Source: Vulcanimicrobiota bacterium (GTDB lineage: Bacteria; Vulcanimicrobiota; Vulcanimicrobiia; Vulcanimicrobiales; Vulcanimicrobiaceae). Taken from it: a stretch of 64,000 nt of DNA. Shown here in pieces: positions 16,056 to 26,378 of this stretch (position 1 is the first letter of the stretch; every line of letters starts with the position of its first letter). Location: NCBI GenBank assembly GCA_963695225.1, contig OY968762.1, positions 896,001 through 960,000 of the forward strand. Reading direction: 5' to 3'. The notes beneath the pieces are model-generated. The model did no database searches, was not told the DNA's origin, and saw only the letters and a list, made by a program, of their open reading frames with translations. The position numbers and the translations under genes were made by a program.

Positions 16056-17207
16056 CTCTCGTTCGTAGGCCCAGCGCCGGATCGCGGTGTGCAGGACGCG
16101 ATGCTCGGCCGCATGGACGCGCTCCATGAGAGCCTCCCGATCCTCGCCTTTCAAACGGCGTAGCGGCACGCGCGCTAGGACCTCGCCGCGATCGACCGCC
16201 ACGCCGACGCGGTGCACCGACGCGCCGGCCCAGGGCACCCCCGCCGCGAGAGCGTCGTCGATCGCGTGCGCGCCCCGGAACGCCGGGATCGCGCTTCCGT
16301 CCGGCATCGTGATCGCATCGAGTTCGGGGTCGAGCGGCAAGAACGCGGGGTGGATGTTGAGCATCTCGCCGAATCGGGCGACGAACGCTTCGGGCAAGAC
16401 GTGCATCCAGCCGAGCAACAGCACGAGTTCGGGATCGCTAGCCTCGACCGCGGCGAAGACGCGGCGATCGAACGCTTCGCGCGATTCCGCCCGGCGGTGC
16501 CACACGAGCGTCTCGGCGCGAACGCCGGCAGCCGCAGCGCGTTGCAGCGCGTACGCATCCGCTCTGTTGACCACGAGCGCGCGCACGTCGAGCGGGAGTT
16601 CGCCGCTCGCGACGCCGTCGAGGACGGCTTGGAAGTTGCTCCCGTTCCCGGAAGCCAGAACCGTCGTGCGAAAGCGGCGCGGCCATGCGTCAAGCGAGAA
16701 GCGCTCGACGGCCGAGGCGCCGGTTTCGCGTTCGAAATACGCGATCAAACGCTCGCCCCGGACCGCCGGGATCAAGGCGCGGGCGTAGCCGCGCTCGCGC
16801 AGAGCGCCTAGGGCCGCGCGCAGCAGCGTTCGCCCGATCTCGCCCTTGCGCGCCCGCTCGACGACGCCGAACGGCCCGAAGATGCCGACATCGCCTTCCG
16901 CGCTCCAACGCCGCAGCCACGGATAGCGCAGCCCGCGCGTGTCGAACGCGGCAAAGGCAATTGGCCCGCTCGCATCCTCGGCGAGCCACAGGCCGCCCGT
17001 CCGCGCCTCGCTCGACCACGTGCCGCCGAACTCCGCATCGATCCACGAGAGCAGGCGCTCCGGCGTCCGGTTGAAACGCGAGGCGCGGACGCCGAAGAGC
17101 AAATCGAGCGCGTCGATCTCGAAATGGATGCTCCGGAGTTCGAAGCGCTCGTCCCCGAGCGGCGCGATCAGGTTCGCCGCGGCGTTGGTCGCAACGACGG
17201 GCTTCAC
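16050..17207 (-). CDS. purN: Fusion of a GNAT acetyltransferase domain and phosphoribosylglycinamide formyltransferase
   Basis: N-terminal FGPFGV...ARKGEIGRTLL GNAT motif A; C-terminal VLASGNGSNFQA, LNIHPAFLP, SVHRV...VDRG. Confidence 0.88.
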   Translation of the reverse strand: MKPVVATNAAANLIAPLGDERFELRSIHFEIDALDLLFGVRASRFNRTPERLLSWIDAEFGGTWSSEARTGGLWLAEDASGPIAFAAFDTRGLRYPWLRRWSAEGDVGIFGPFGVVERARKGEIGRTLLRAALGALRERGYARALIPAVRGERLIAYFERETGASAVERFSLDAWPRRFRTTVLASGNGSNFQAVLDGVASGELPLDVRALVVNRADAYALQRAAAAGVRAETLVWHRRAESREAFDRRVFAAVEASDPELVLLLGWMHVLPEAFVARFGEMLNIHPAFLPLDPELDAITMPDGSAIPAFRGAHAIDDALAAGVPWAGASVHRVGVAVDRGEVLARVPLRRLKGEDREALMERVHAAEHRVLHTAIRRWAYEREC

Positions 17208-18256
17208 GCCTCGCGCGAGGGGTGCACGACGACGGCGGGCTCCCCTTCGAGGCGAGCCTCGATCCAGCCGACGATCTGCGCCTCAGGGACGGCCTCGAGC
17301 GCCCTCGCCGCCTCCTTGAGCGGTACGACGAGCGTGTACCCGATCCCCATGTTCAACGTTCGGTACCGCTCGTCGTGCCCGAGCGAACCACGCCGCACCA
17401 GCTCCCGTTCGAGCGGGGGCACGGTCCAGCGGGCTTGTTCGAAGACCGCCTTGCACCGAGAAGGCAGCGTCCGCGGGACGTTCTCGAGCAAGCCGCCGCC
17501 CGTGATGTGCGCCATCGTCTTGACGTCGGCGACCGACTGGATCGCCCGGACCGCGCCGTAATACGACGGGTGCTCGGCCAGGAGCGCGTCCCCGTACGTT
17601 ACGCCGGGTCCGGCGGCCGCGAACGGCCGGCTCCACTCCTCTGCCGGGATCAGAGCGCGCGCGAGGCTGTAACCGTTCGTGTGGAGCCCGACGGCCGGCA
17701 AGCCGAGGATCGCATCGCCGGGGACGAGCCGTTCGGGATCGGGGATCTTCGCGCGCGCGACGAGTCCGACGATCGTCCCGGCGAGGTCGAAATGGGCGGG
17801 TTGGTAAAGCCCCGGCATCTCCGCCGTCTCCCCGCCGAGCAGCGCCATCTCGTGGTTGCGGCACGCGCGCTGCACGCCCGACACGATCTCGCCGGCGATA
17901 TCCGGATCGAGCTTGCCGACGGCGAGGTAGTCCAAGAAGAACAGCGGCGTCGCATTGAGGACCAGGATGTCGTTCACGCAGTGGTTCACGAGATCCGCGC
18001 CGACGGAACCGTACCGGCCGCATTCCGCCGCGATCAGGATCTTCGTGCCTACGCCGTCGGTGGACCCGACGAGAACGCGTTCGGGGTCGCCCGGCAGCAG
18101 GAAAAGGCCGCTAAACCCGCCGATTCCGCCCAGTTGGGAGGGATGGCGCCACGACGCCGTAACCGAACGATACCGATCGACCGCCGCGTTTCCGGCGGCA
18201 ATGTCGACCCCCGCTTTGGCGTAGGCGTCATGCTGGGGGTCCACTCGTCGTTCCAT
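17204..18256 (-). CDS. purM: AIR synthetase
   Basis: YAKAGVD, TDGVGTK, GGETAEMPG, HTNGYSL, HITGGG. Confidence 0.97.
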   Translation of the reverse strand: MERRVDPQHDAYAKAGVDIAAGNAAVDRYRSVTASWRHPSQLGGIGGFSGLFLLPGDPERVLVGSTDGVGTKILIAAECGRYGSVGADLVNHCVNDILVLNATPLFFLDYLAVGKLDPDIAGEIVSGVQRACRNHEMALLGGETAEMPGLYQPAHFDLAGTIVGLVARAKIPDPERLVPGDAILGLPAVGLHTNGYSLARALIPAEEWSRPFAAAGPGVTYGDALLAEHPSYYGAVRAIQSVADVKTMAHITGGGLLENVPRTLPSRCKAVFEQARWTVPPLERELVRRGSLGHDERYRTLNMGIGYTLVVPLKEAARALEAVPEAQIVGWIEARLEGEPAVVVHPSREA

Positions 18257-18290
18257 TCTTGCAGCCGTTCGTTTTCCGGAGAGAATCGTC

Positions 18291-19790
18291 ATGCTTCTAA
18301 CAATCGCGTCGGGCTCGCTTGCGAGTACCGAGACCCAGGCACTCGTCGTCCCGGTGTGGGCCGACGGAGCCTTGGATGGTGCCGCCGCGCAGATCGATGC
18401 CGAATTGGGTGGGACGCTCGCCGAGATCCTCGCTACCGGTGAATTCGGCGGAAAACCGAACGAGACGGCGCTCGTCCACGCCAAGGGCAAGCCCTTCGGA
18501 CGCGTGCTCGCCGTCGGCCTCGGCGAACGCGGGAAGTTCACTCCCGCGCTGCTCGCACGCTACGCGGGAACCGCAATCCGCTACCTCGGGAAACGCAACG
18601 TCCGCGCGATCGCACTCGCGCTCCCGCTCGAAGCGCAACACCACGTGCGCGCGTCGGCTTCGTTCCTCGTCGAAGGCGCGCTGGCGGGCACGATCGATAC
18701 GTCGCTCTACCAAGGGAAGCCGGAGCGCGCCATCGTCCTCGACGAACTCGCGCTCTGCCGCAACGCGGGCGCGCACGAGTTCAGCGCGCTCGCGCTCGAG
18801 GAAGGCGCGCAACGCGGGAAGATCCTGGGCGAAGCGGTCAACCTCGCGCGCACGCTGGCGCTCACGCCGGCCAACGACATGACCCCGACGCACCTGGCGA
18901 AAGAGGCCGAGCGCCTCGCAAACGCGCACGGCCTGGCCTTCCATGCGCTCGACGAAGACCAAATGCTCGCGAAGGGCATGGGCGCGATCCTCGGCGTCTC
19001 CATCGGGAGCGATCAACCGGCGAAGATGATCGTCCTCGAATACCGCGGCGACCCCGCGAGTTCGGAGAAGCTCGCGCTCGTCGGCAAAGGGCTCACGTTC
19101 GATTCCGGCGGCATCTCGCTCAAGCCCTCGGATCGCATGGAGGAGATGAAATACGACATGAGCGGCGGTGCCGCCGTCATCGCCGCGCTAGGCGCGATCG
19201 CGCAACTCCGGCCGAAGCTCAACGTGCTCGGCATCGTTCCCTCCAGCGAGAATCTGCCGGGGCCGCGTGCCGTCAAGCCCGGCGACGTCCTGCGCGCGAT
19301 GAACGGCAAGACGATCGAAGTGATCAACACGGATGCCGAGGGGCGCTTGATCCTCGCCGACGCGCTCTGTTACGCGCGCGAACTCGGCGCGACGAAGATC
19401 GTCGACGCGGCGACCCTGACGGGAGCGATGGTCGTCGCGCTCGGCCATGCCGCAACCGGGACGATGTCGAACGACGACGCGTTCGTCGCGCATTTCCTGC
19501 ACGTCGCGAAAGACTGCGGCGAGCGCTACTGGCAGATGCCGCTCTACGAGGAGTTCGGGAAGGAGGTCGCGAGCGAGATCGCCGACCTGCGCAATTCGAC
19601 GGGCCGCTGGGGCGGGGGCCTCACGGCGGGCAAGTTCCTCGAAGCGTTCGTCGATACGACGCCGTGGATCCACCTCGACATCGCCGGGACGGCCTACCTG
19701 GATAACGAGTCCCCGTACTCCGCGAAGGGCCCGACGGGGACGCCCGTGCGCGCGTTCGTCGCGCTCGTCGAGGATCTTGCCCGAGGCTGA
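18291..19790 (+). CDS. pepA: Leucyl aminopeptidase (M17)
   Basis: GKGLTFDSGG, MKYDMSG, NTDAEGRL. Confidence 0.95.
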   Translation: MLLTIASGSLASTETQALVVPVWADGALDGAAAQIDAELGGTLAEILATGEFGGKPNETALVHAKGKPFGRVLAVGLGERGKFTPALLARYAGTAIRYLGKRNVRAIALALPLEAQHHVRASASFLVEGALAGTIDTSLYQGKPERAIVLDELALCRNAGAHEFSALALEEGAQRGKILGEAVNLARTLALTPANDMTPTHLAKEAERLANAHGLAFHALDEDQMLAKGMGAILGVSIGSDQPAKMIVLEYRGDPASSEKLALVGKGLTFDSGGISLKPSDRMEEMKYDMSGGAAVIAALGAIAQLRPKLNVLGIVPSSENLPGPRAVKPGDVLRAMNGKTIEVINTDAEGRLILADALCYARELGATKIVDAATLTGAMVVALGHAATGTMSNDDAFVAHFLHVAKDCGERYWQMPLYEEFGKEVASEIADLRNSTGRWGGGLTAGKFLEAFVDTTPWIHLDIAGTAYLDNESPYSAKGPTGTPVRAFVALVEDLARG

Positions 19791-20459
19791 TCAGATCTCG
19801 GGCGGCATCACTTTGTGGAACACGATCCTATTGCGGCCGCAGTTCTTCGCCACGTAGAGCGCGTTCTCGGCGGCCGCAATCAAGGCAGCGGGGCTGATCC
19901 CGTCGCCGGGAAACATCGCGACGCCGAAGGACGCCGTCACGCCGATGCTCGAGGCTTCGTGGCGGATCGCCGCGGCCTCCACGCAGGCGCGCAACTGCTC
20001 GATGCGCTGCCCCACGCTCTCCGGTCCGAGCCCCGGTAAGACCAGCAGAAACTCCTCGCCGCCGTACCGGCACACGATGTCGTTCTCCCGGCAAGCGCGG
20101 TACATAAGGATGCCGAGCGCCCTGAGCACCTCGTCGCCCGCGGTGCGGCCATACCGAGCGTTGACCGCTTGGAGGCGATCGATGTCGGCGAGCACGACGC
20201 TGACGGGCCGTCCGATCCGAAGCGCGCCGATCAGCTCGCGCCCGAGGGCGTCCTCGACGTAATGCCGGTTGTAGAGCCCCGTCAGCGGATCGCGGAGCGT
20301 ATGCTCCCGCAGCTTCTCCCGAGCCTCCTGCACGTCGCGGCCGAGCCTCTCGATTTCGCGGAGCGCTTCGTCCAGCTCCACGCTCTTGCGGCGCACCTGC
20401 TCGCGCAGGACGATCGCTTCGGCTTCCGCCTCCGGCGCGCCGCGCTCGTTCTCCATCAT
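19791..20459 (-). CDS. Diguanylate cyclase (coiled coil + GGEEF)
   Basis: DPLTGLYN, RxxD I-site (REND), RYGGEEF. Confidence 0.9.
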   Translation of the reverse strand: MMENERGAPEAEAEAIVLREQVRRKSVELDEALREIERLGRDVQEAREKLREHTLRDPLTGLYNRHYVEDALGRELIGALRIGRPVSVVLADIDRLQAVNARYGRTAGDEVLRALGILMYRACRENDIVCRYGGEEFLLVLPGLGPESVGQRIEQLRACVEAAAIRHEASSIGVTASFGVAMFPGDGISPAALIAAAENALYVAKNCGRNRIVFHKVMPPEI

Positions 20460-20467
20460 CGCTACTA

Positions 20468-20475
20468 GTATCGGC
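20468..20475 (-). promoter_or_regulatory. Sigma28-like -10 element GCCGATAC, 8 nt before the diguanylate cyclase ATG
   Basis: -10 match only; the -35 is weak. Confidence 0.35.
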
Positions 20476-20492
20476 AGTGCGCGGCGCGAGCG

Positions 20493-21926
20493 CTACTTCG
20501 CCGCCAACATCGTTTCGACCGGCGCCCGGTTGTACGTCTCCGGATACTCGCCCGTCAGGCACCCCAGGCACATCTCGCCGCGCTTGCGGCCGGTCGCGGC
20601 GACGAGCCCCTCTTTGCTGAGATATCCGAGCGAATCCGCCCCGATCCGCACGCAGATCTCCTCGACCGTCAGGTTCGCGGCGATCAGTTCGCCGTAGGTC
20701 GCCATGTCGACGCCGAGATAGCAGGGGTGCATGATCGGCGGAGAGGTGATCCGCACGTGCACTTCGCTCGCCCCCGCGCTGCGCAGCAGGCGCACGATGC
20801 GCGGCGTCGTCGTCCCGCGCACGATCGAATCGTCGACGACCACGACGCGCTTCCCCTTGAGGTTCTCGACGATCGGATTGAATTTCAGATCGACGCCTTG
20901 CGTGCGCATCTTCTGATCGGGGCTGATGAACGTCCGGCCGATGTAGCGGTTCTTGATGAGCCCCTCGACGTACGGCAGGCCGCTCTCCTGCGCGAACCCG
21001 ATGCCGCCCGGGACCGCGGAATCCGGGATCGCCATCACGACGTCGGCTTTCGCCGGATGCTCGCGGGCGAGGTGGCGCCCCATGTCGACGCGCGCCATGT
21101 AGATCGAGCGTTCGTTCAAGATCGAATCCGGGCGCGCGAAGTAGATGTATTCGAACATGCAGAGCGCGTGCGGCTTGGGATGCGGCGCCCGCTCCGAGTG
21201 GAAGCCCTCGACGTCGATCCAGACGATCTCGCCGGGTTCGAGTTCGCGCACGTACTTCGCGCCGACCGTTGCGAGCGCGCACGATTCCGAGGCGAACATG
21301 TAACCGCCCGAAGGGAAACGGCCGTAACAGAGCGGCCGCACGCCCCACGGATCGCGGAATGCGTAGAGCGCCTTCTCCGTCGCCATCACGATCGAGTACG
21401 CGCCTTCGGCGCGCTGCATCACGCTGCGAATGCGCGCCGTCAGCGTCTCGCCCGGCGCCTCGACGATCAGCTTCCCGAGGACTTCCGAATCCGAGGTCGC
21501 GGAGAGCACGGTCGAGGGCGAGAGCGTCGCCTTGAGCTCCTCGGTGTTCGTCAGGTTCCCGTTGTGCGCCAGCGCGATCTCGCCGAGCGTCGTTCGCTCC
21601 AGGAGCGGCTGAGCGTTGACGACGATCGAGGAGCCGGTCGTCGAGTAGCGGGTGTGTCCGACCGAGATGTAGCCTTGCAGCCGGCCGAGGATTTCCTCCG
21701 TGAAGATGCTCGAGAGCAAACCCATCTGCCGGTGGCAGACGATCGAGCCGCCGTCGGAGACGGCGATCCCGGCAGACTCCTGGCCCCGATGCTGCAACGC
21801 ATAGAGCCCGAAGTAAGCAAGACGGGCCACGTCGTGGCCCGGTGAGTAGATGCCGGTGACCCCGCAGGCTTCGTGGAGCGTGTCTCCCCCCGGGAGTTCA
21901 GCAGCTTCGTCGAATGCGCGCGCCAT
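20493..21926 (-). CDS. purF: Amidophosphoribosyltransferase
   Basis: Propeptide then CGV; LQHRGQ, HTRYST, VDDSIVRGTT; Fe-S cysteines. Confidence 0.97.
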   Translation of the reverse strand: MARAFDEAAELPGGDTLHEACGVTGIYSPGHDVARLAYFGLYALQHRGQESAGIAVSDGGSIVCHRQMGLLSSIFTEEILGRLQGYISVGHTRYSTTGSSIVVNAQPLLERTTLGEIALAHNGNLTNTEELKATLSPSTVLSATSDSEVLGKLIVEAPGETLTARIRSVMQRAEGAYSIVMATEKALYAFRDPWGVRPLCYGRFPSGGYMFASESCALATVGAKYVRELEPGEIVWIDVEGFHSERAPHPKPHALCMFEYIYFARPDSILNERSIYMARVDMGRHLAREHPAKADVVMAIPDSAVPGGIGFAQESGLPYVEGLIKNRYIGRTFISPDQKMRTQGVDLKFNPIVENLKGKRVVVVDDSIVRGTTTPRIVRLLRSAGASEVHVRITSPPIMHPCYLGVDMATYGELIAANLTVEEICVRIGADSLGYLSKEGLVAATGRKRGEMCLGCLTGEYPETYNRAPVETMLAAK

Positions 21927-21974
21927 TAGGCGTACCTTTCGCGCCGGCCGCCCCGGCTCCCGGCTCTTAATGAT

Positions 21975-22625
21975 TTAGTCGTCGCGGCTCCGCAGCCCGA
22001 GGATCTGAAGCAGCGCCATGAAGATGTTGATCGCGTCGAGGTAGATCGAGGTCGCGAGCTCGATCGCGGTCGCTCCGTCGCCCCCGGCTCGGATCCGGCC
22101 GAAATCGACGAGCACCAGCAGCGTGAAGACGGCGAGCGTCGCCCACGCGTAGAGCCCCGGGTGCAGGAAATGCACGAAGATCGAGACGATGCCGGCGAGG
22201 ACGAGGCCGATCAGCAACCCGAACGCGACGCCGGAGAGCTTGCGAAAATCGAAGCTCGTGACCGCGACGAGCCCGGCGAGGACGGCCATCCCGAGGCCGG
22301 TCGTCACCGCAGCTTCGACGACGACGTCGGGGCCGGCGCCTTGAACGTAGCGGCCGATCACGGGGCCGAGACCGATCCCTTCGCAGGCCGTGAACGCGTA
22401 GAACATCCCGATCGACAGCGCCGGATTGGCGCGCGTCGCCGAGATCGCGATGAGGAAGCCGAAACCTACGAGCATCGCGATCATCGCGACGCCGTACGGA
22501 AGGCCCTGCGTCAGATACGCGCCGGCGGCCGTGATCAAGAAGCCGACTGCGGTGATTCCGAGAACCTGGCCGAGCAAGGCCGAGCTCGAGGCCGCTCCCG
22601 TGCGCTGACGATCGAGTTGGTACAT
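21975..22625 (-). CDS. Bax inhibitor-1/YccA family membrane protein
   Basis: Seven TM helices; IYLDAINIF motif. Confidence 0.88.
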   Translation of the reverse strand: MYQLDRQRTGAASSSALLGQVLGITAVGFLITAAGAYLTQGLPYGVAMIAMLVGFGFLIAISATRANPALSIGMFYAFTACEGIGLGPVIGRYVQGAGPDVVVEAAVTTGLGMAVLAGLVAVTSFDFRKLSGVAFGLLIGLVLAGIVSIFVHFLHPGLYAWATLAVFTLLVLVDFGRIRAGGDGATAIELATSIYLDAINIFMALLQILGLRSRDD

Positions 22626-22737
22626 GACGCTCCTTTGGACTGCCGGGCACGCGCCCCGGTTGCGCGGGGCATCCGCCCCGCTCCGTAGTACGCGCGCAGC
22701 GCCGCAGAGTTTCTAAGCCGATACCCCCGCGGGGCGC

Positions 22738-24006
22738 TTAGCGGCCCGCGGCTATGTCGGTTCGGTAGGAGAGATCGCGGGCGCCGAAGCGGCGGACCAG
22801 CGCGTGGACGGCGTCGTAGGCGTGCGTTCGCGCCTCGGCGATCGTCGGGCCGAGCGCGGCTACCGTCAGCACGCGGCCGCCGCCCGCGTCGACGCCGCCG
22901 TCGCGCAGCGTCGAGTTACCCCAGAAGGCGGCGCTGCCGTTCCCGAGGCCGACGTCGGCCGGGAGCCCTTGCAGCGGCGTGCTCGTGCGCGGGTAGTCGC
23001 TCGTCGCGATCACGACGCCGACGCATGCGTCGCCGGAAAACGTCGCGGCCTGGGGATCGAGCCGGCCCGTCGCGGCGGAGTGCAGGTAGCGCGCGAAATC
23101 GCCGCGGACGCGGGGCATCAGCACCTGCGTCTCCGGATCGCCGAAGCGCACGTTGAATTCGATCACCTTCGGGCCCGCCTGCGTCCACATGAGCCCGCAG
23201 TAGAGCACGCCGACGTACCGTTCGCCCTCGGAGGCGAGGCCGCGCACGACGGGTTCCAGGACGCGTTCGCGGACGATCGCGTCCAGGTCGGGCGGGAAGC
23301 CGCTCGGCGGGGAGTAGGCGCCCATCCCGCCCGTGTTCGGACCGGTGTCGCCGTCGCCGGCGCGCTTGTAATCGCACGCCCCCGCGACGGGGACGAGCGT
23401 GCGCCCGTCGCCGACGGCGAAGACGCTGACCTCCGGCCCCACGAGCCGCTCTTCGAGCAACGCGTCGCGGCCGCCGCCGGGGATCCCGGCCGGGCCGAAC
23501 CAGCTCGCGAGGACGGCGAGCGCGCTCGCCGCGTCGTCCGTCACGACGACGCCCTTCCCCGCGGCGAGGCCGTCGGCTTTGACGACGCAGCCGCCCTGCC
23601 ACGCCGCGAGTTCTTTGCGAGCCTGCTCGAGCGAATGCACGACGCGCGCGCGCGCCGTCGGGATCCCGTGGCGCTCCATGAAGCGCTTCGAGAAGACCTT
23701 GCTCGATTCGAGGCGCCCGGCGCTGCGGTCGGGGCCGAAGACCGGGATGCCCGCCTCGCGGAAACGGTCGCCGACGCCCGCGGCGATCGCCGTCTCCGGC
23801 CCGAGGACGACGAGATCGATCCCAGCCTGCTGCGCCCTGCCGACGAGCGCTTTCCCGTCGGTCGCCGGTATCGGCCAGTTCTCCCCGCGCGTCGCAGTCC
23901 CGGCGTTTCCGGGCGCGGCGAAGAGCGCGGTGCAGGACGGCGCCTGCGCGAGCTTCCACGAGAGCGCATCTTCGCGTGCGCCGCTTCCGACCACTAAGAT
24001 TCGCAT
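22738..24006 (-). CDS. purD: Phosphoribosylamine--glycine ligase
   Basis: GSGARE, KADGLAAGKGV, GPNTGGMG, EFNVRFGDPE. Confidence 0.97.
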   Translation of the reverse strand: MRILVVGSGAREDALSWKLAQAPSCTALFAAPGNAGTATRGENWPIPATDGKALVGRAQQAGIDLVVLGPETAIAAGVGDRFREAGIPVFGPDRSAGRLESSKVFSKRFMERHGIPTARARVVHSLEQARKELAAWQGGCVVKADGLAAGKGVVVTDDAASALAVLASWFGPAGIPGGGRDALLEERLVGPEVSVFAVGDGRTLVPVAGACDYKRAGDGDTGPNTGGMGAYSPPSGFPPDLDAIVRERVLEPVVRGLASEGERYVGVLYCGLMWTQAGPKVIEFNVRFGDPETQVLMPRVRGDFARYLHSAATGRLDPQAATFSGDACVGVVIATSDYPRTSTPLQGLPADVGLGNGSAAFWGNSTLRDGGVDAGGGRVLTVAALGPTIAEARTHAYDAVHALVRRFGARDLSYRTDIAAGR

Positions 24007-24010
24007 CGGT

Positions 24011-25600
24011 CTATTCCCACTCCACCGTCGCGGGCGGCTTCGACGTGATGTCGTAGGCGACTCGGTTGACGCCGGGGACTTCGTTCACGATGCGCGTGCT
24101 GATCCGTTCGAGGAGTTCGTGCGGGAGGCGCGCCCAATCGGCGGTCATGCCGTCTTCGCTCGTGATCGCGCGGACGGCGACGAGGTTCGCATAGGTCCGG
24201 CCGTCGCCCATCACGCCGACGCTCTGCACCGGCGTGAGCACGGCGAAATACTGCCAGGGCTTCGGCGAAAGCGCCGCGCTCGCCCCGTCGATCTCTGCGG
24301 TGACGATCGCATCCGCCGCGCGCACGAGCGCGAGACGCTCGCGATCGACGGAACCGATGATGCGCACGGCGAGCCCGGGCCCGGGGAACGGTTGCCGTTC
24401 GACGATCGCCTCGGGCAATCCGAGGACCCGCCCGACTTCGCGGACTTCGTCCTTGAACAGCGCGCGCAGCGGCTCGACGAGCTCGAGCTTCATGTGCGCG
24501 GGCAAGCCGCCGACGTTGTGATGCGACTTGATCTTGTGCCCGGCTTTCGATTGCGGCGTCTTCGATTCGATCACGTCGGGATAGAGCGTCCCTTGCACGA
24601 GGAAGCGCACGTCCGGAATCTTCGCCGCTTCCTCGTCGAAGACTTCGATGAACTCGTGGCCGATCGTGATGCGCTTGCGTTCGGGATCCTCGATGCCGGC
24701 GAGCTTGCGCAGGAAGCGCTCCGACGCGTCGACCGCGACGACGTTGAGATGCAGCACTTCGCGGAAGGCCGCTACGACGCTCTGCGCTTCGTCTTTGCGG
24801 AGCAGGCCCGTATCGACGAAGATGCAGGTCAACTGCTTCCCGATCGCGCGGGAGACGAGCGTCGCGGCGACGGCGGAATCGACCCCGCCCGATAGTCCGC
24901 AGATCACGTTCGCGTCCCCGACGCGCGCGCGGATGTCCGCGATCGAGCGTTCCACGAACGATTCCATCGCCCACGAAGCATCGAGCTTCGCGATGTCGTG
25001 CAAGAAACTGTGGATCAGCCGCCGGCCGTACTCAGTGTGGACGACCTCGGGGTGGAACTGCACGCCGTAGATGCGCCGTTCCGGGTCCCCGATCGCGGCG
25101 ATCGCGCAACGGTCCGTGTGCGCCAGCGTCTCGAAACCGGCCGGCGGCTCGACGACGCTATCGCCGTGGGACATCCAAACGCGGCTGCGCGCCGGGACGC
25201 CCGCGAAGAACGGGCTCTCCGGGGCGTCGATCTCGAGCGCGGCGGGCCCGAACTCGCGGTGGGCGAGCGGGACGAGCTTTCCGCCGAGGTCGCGGGCGAC
25301 GAGTTGCATCCCGTAGCAGATGCCGAGGATCGGGACGCCCGATTCGAGGATCTGCCGATCGATCCCGAGCGCGCCCTCGTCGAGCGTGCTCTCCGGCCCC
25401 CCGGAAAGGATGATCGCCCCCGGGTTTCGTTCCGCGAGCGCGCTCCAGGGCGTATCGTACGGGAGCAACTCGCTGTACACGTGCGCTTCGCGCACGCGCC
25501 GCGCGATCAGTTGGCTGACCTGCGAGCCGAAGTCCAGAATGATCGCGCCGCCCGTCGCTCGCTCGCTTTGGGAGAATCTTGGGTTCACGCCTACCGCCAT
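24011..25600 (-). CDS. guaA: GMP synthase (glutamine-hydrolysing)
   Basis: [42 protein letters not shown]. Confidence 0.97.
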   Translation of the reverse strand: MAVGVNPRFSQSERATGGAIILDFGSQVSQLIARRVREAHVYSELLPYDTPWSALAERNPGAIILSGGPESTLDEGALGIDRQILESGVPILGICYGMQLVARDLGGKLVPLAHREFGPAALEIDAPESPFFAGVPARSRVWMSHGDSVVEPPAGFETLAHTDRCAIAAIGDPERRIYGVQFHPEVVHTEYGRRLIHSFLHDIAKLDASWAMESFVERSIADIRARVGDANVICGLSGGVDSAVAATLVSRAIGKQLTCIFVDTGLLRKDEAQSVVAAFREVLHLNVVAVDASERFLRKLAGIEDPERKRITIGHEFIEVFDEEAAKIPDVRFLVQGTLYPDVIESKTPQSKAGHKIKSHHNVGGLPAHMKLELVEPLRALFKDEVREVGRVLGLPEAIVERQPFPGPGLAVRIIGSVDRERLALVRAADAIVTAEIDGASAALSPKPWQYFAVLTPVQSVGVMGDGRTYANLVAVRAITSEDGMTADWARLPHELLERISTRIVNEVPGVNRVAYDITSKPPATVEWE

Positions 25601-25639
25601 CCGCCGTTCTTGGCGCCGCGCCGCGCCGGCGCCTCCGGC

Positions 25640-25667
25640 TCAATCGCGGAGGTCTCGCGGCCGATAC
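25640..25667 (+). promoter_or_regulatory. Sigma28-like promoter (TCAA-N16-GCCGATAC) upstream of the LemA gene
   Basis: Good -10, plausible -35 and spacing. Confidence 0.4.
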
Positions 25668-25760
25668 TCCACATGACCGCCCCTTGGATCACCTAGGGCG
25701 CGTCCCGTCCCAAAGCGGGCGGGCCGCCGAACGGCGAGGGCCTTCGGGGAGTTCCACACC

Positions 25761-26357
25761 ATGCTGAATACACTGATCACCGAGCTATTGGCGATCGCCG
25801 CCATCGCCGCCATCGCTTCGTTTGCAAGCCATTACTACGGCTTGATCCAAAGCAAGGCCGACGTGGAAAAGGCATGGGCGAAGCTGGCGGCCGCGCTGGA
25901 GCGGCGCCGGGCAACGCTCGATGAGCTGCTCGATGCGGCGAAGGGCGACGAGCGGTTCCGGCCCGGGGTCTTGACCGATGCGAGACGCCTGATCTCGAGC
26001 ACCGGCACGCCGGAGAGCGGAGCCCAACGGTTCGCCGCAGAGATAAAACTGAGCTCGGCGATCGGCAAGGTGCTGGCCTCTTCGCAAAACTACCCGAACC
26101 TGGCGCACGATCCGCGCTACCGCAAACTCGAGGAGACCTTGCTCGATCTCGAGGAAGAGATCGCGCGGCGGCGCGATATCTACAACGCGCAGGTCGCCGC
26201 GAACAACGCGCACTTCGAGAACATCTTCGAGCGCTCGATCGCGCAGTTCGCCGACGCGTTCCCGTGGGACCCGTTCCCCGCGAACCCCGGCGAAGCCGCG
26301 AGCGGCGCCACGACCTCCGCAAAGACGCGCACGGTCCCGATCGCCCTCGCGGGCTGA
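25761..26357 (+). CDS. LemA family protein
   Basis: N-terminal TM helix; AW...LERR, NYPNL, LEEEI..RR..YN. Confidence 0.85.
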   Translation: MLNTLITELLAIAAIAAIASFASHYYGLIQSKADVEKAWAKLAAALERRRATLDELLDAAKGDERFRPGVLTDARRLISSTGTPESGAQRFAAEIKLSSAIGKVLASSQNYPNLAHDPRYRKLEETLLDLEEEIARRRDIYNAQVAANNAHFENIFERSIAQFADAFPWDPFPANPGEAASGATTSAKTRTVPIALAG

Positions 26358-26378
26358 TCCCGGCCGGCCGCCGCTCCG

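Noticed and set aside
22717..22724. GCCGATAC sigma28-like -10 on the plus strand
   Set aside because: It points antisense into the end of purD and has no -35.
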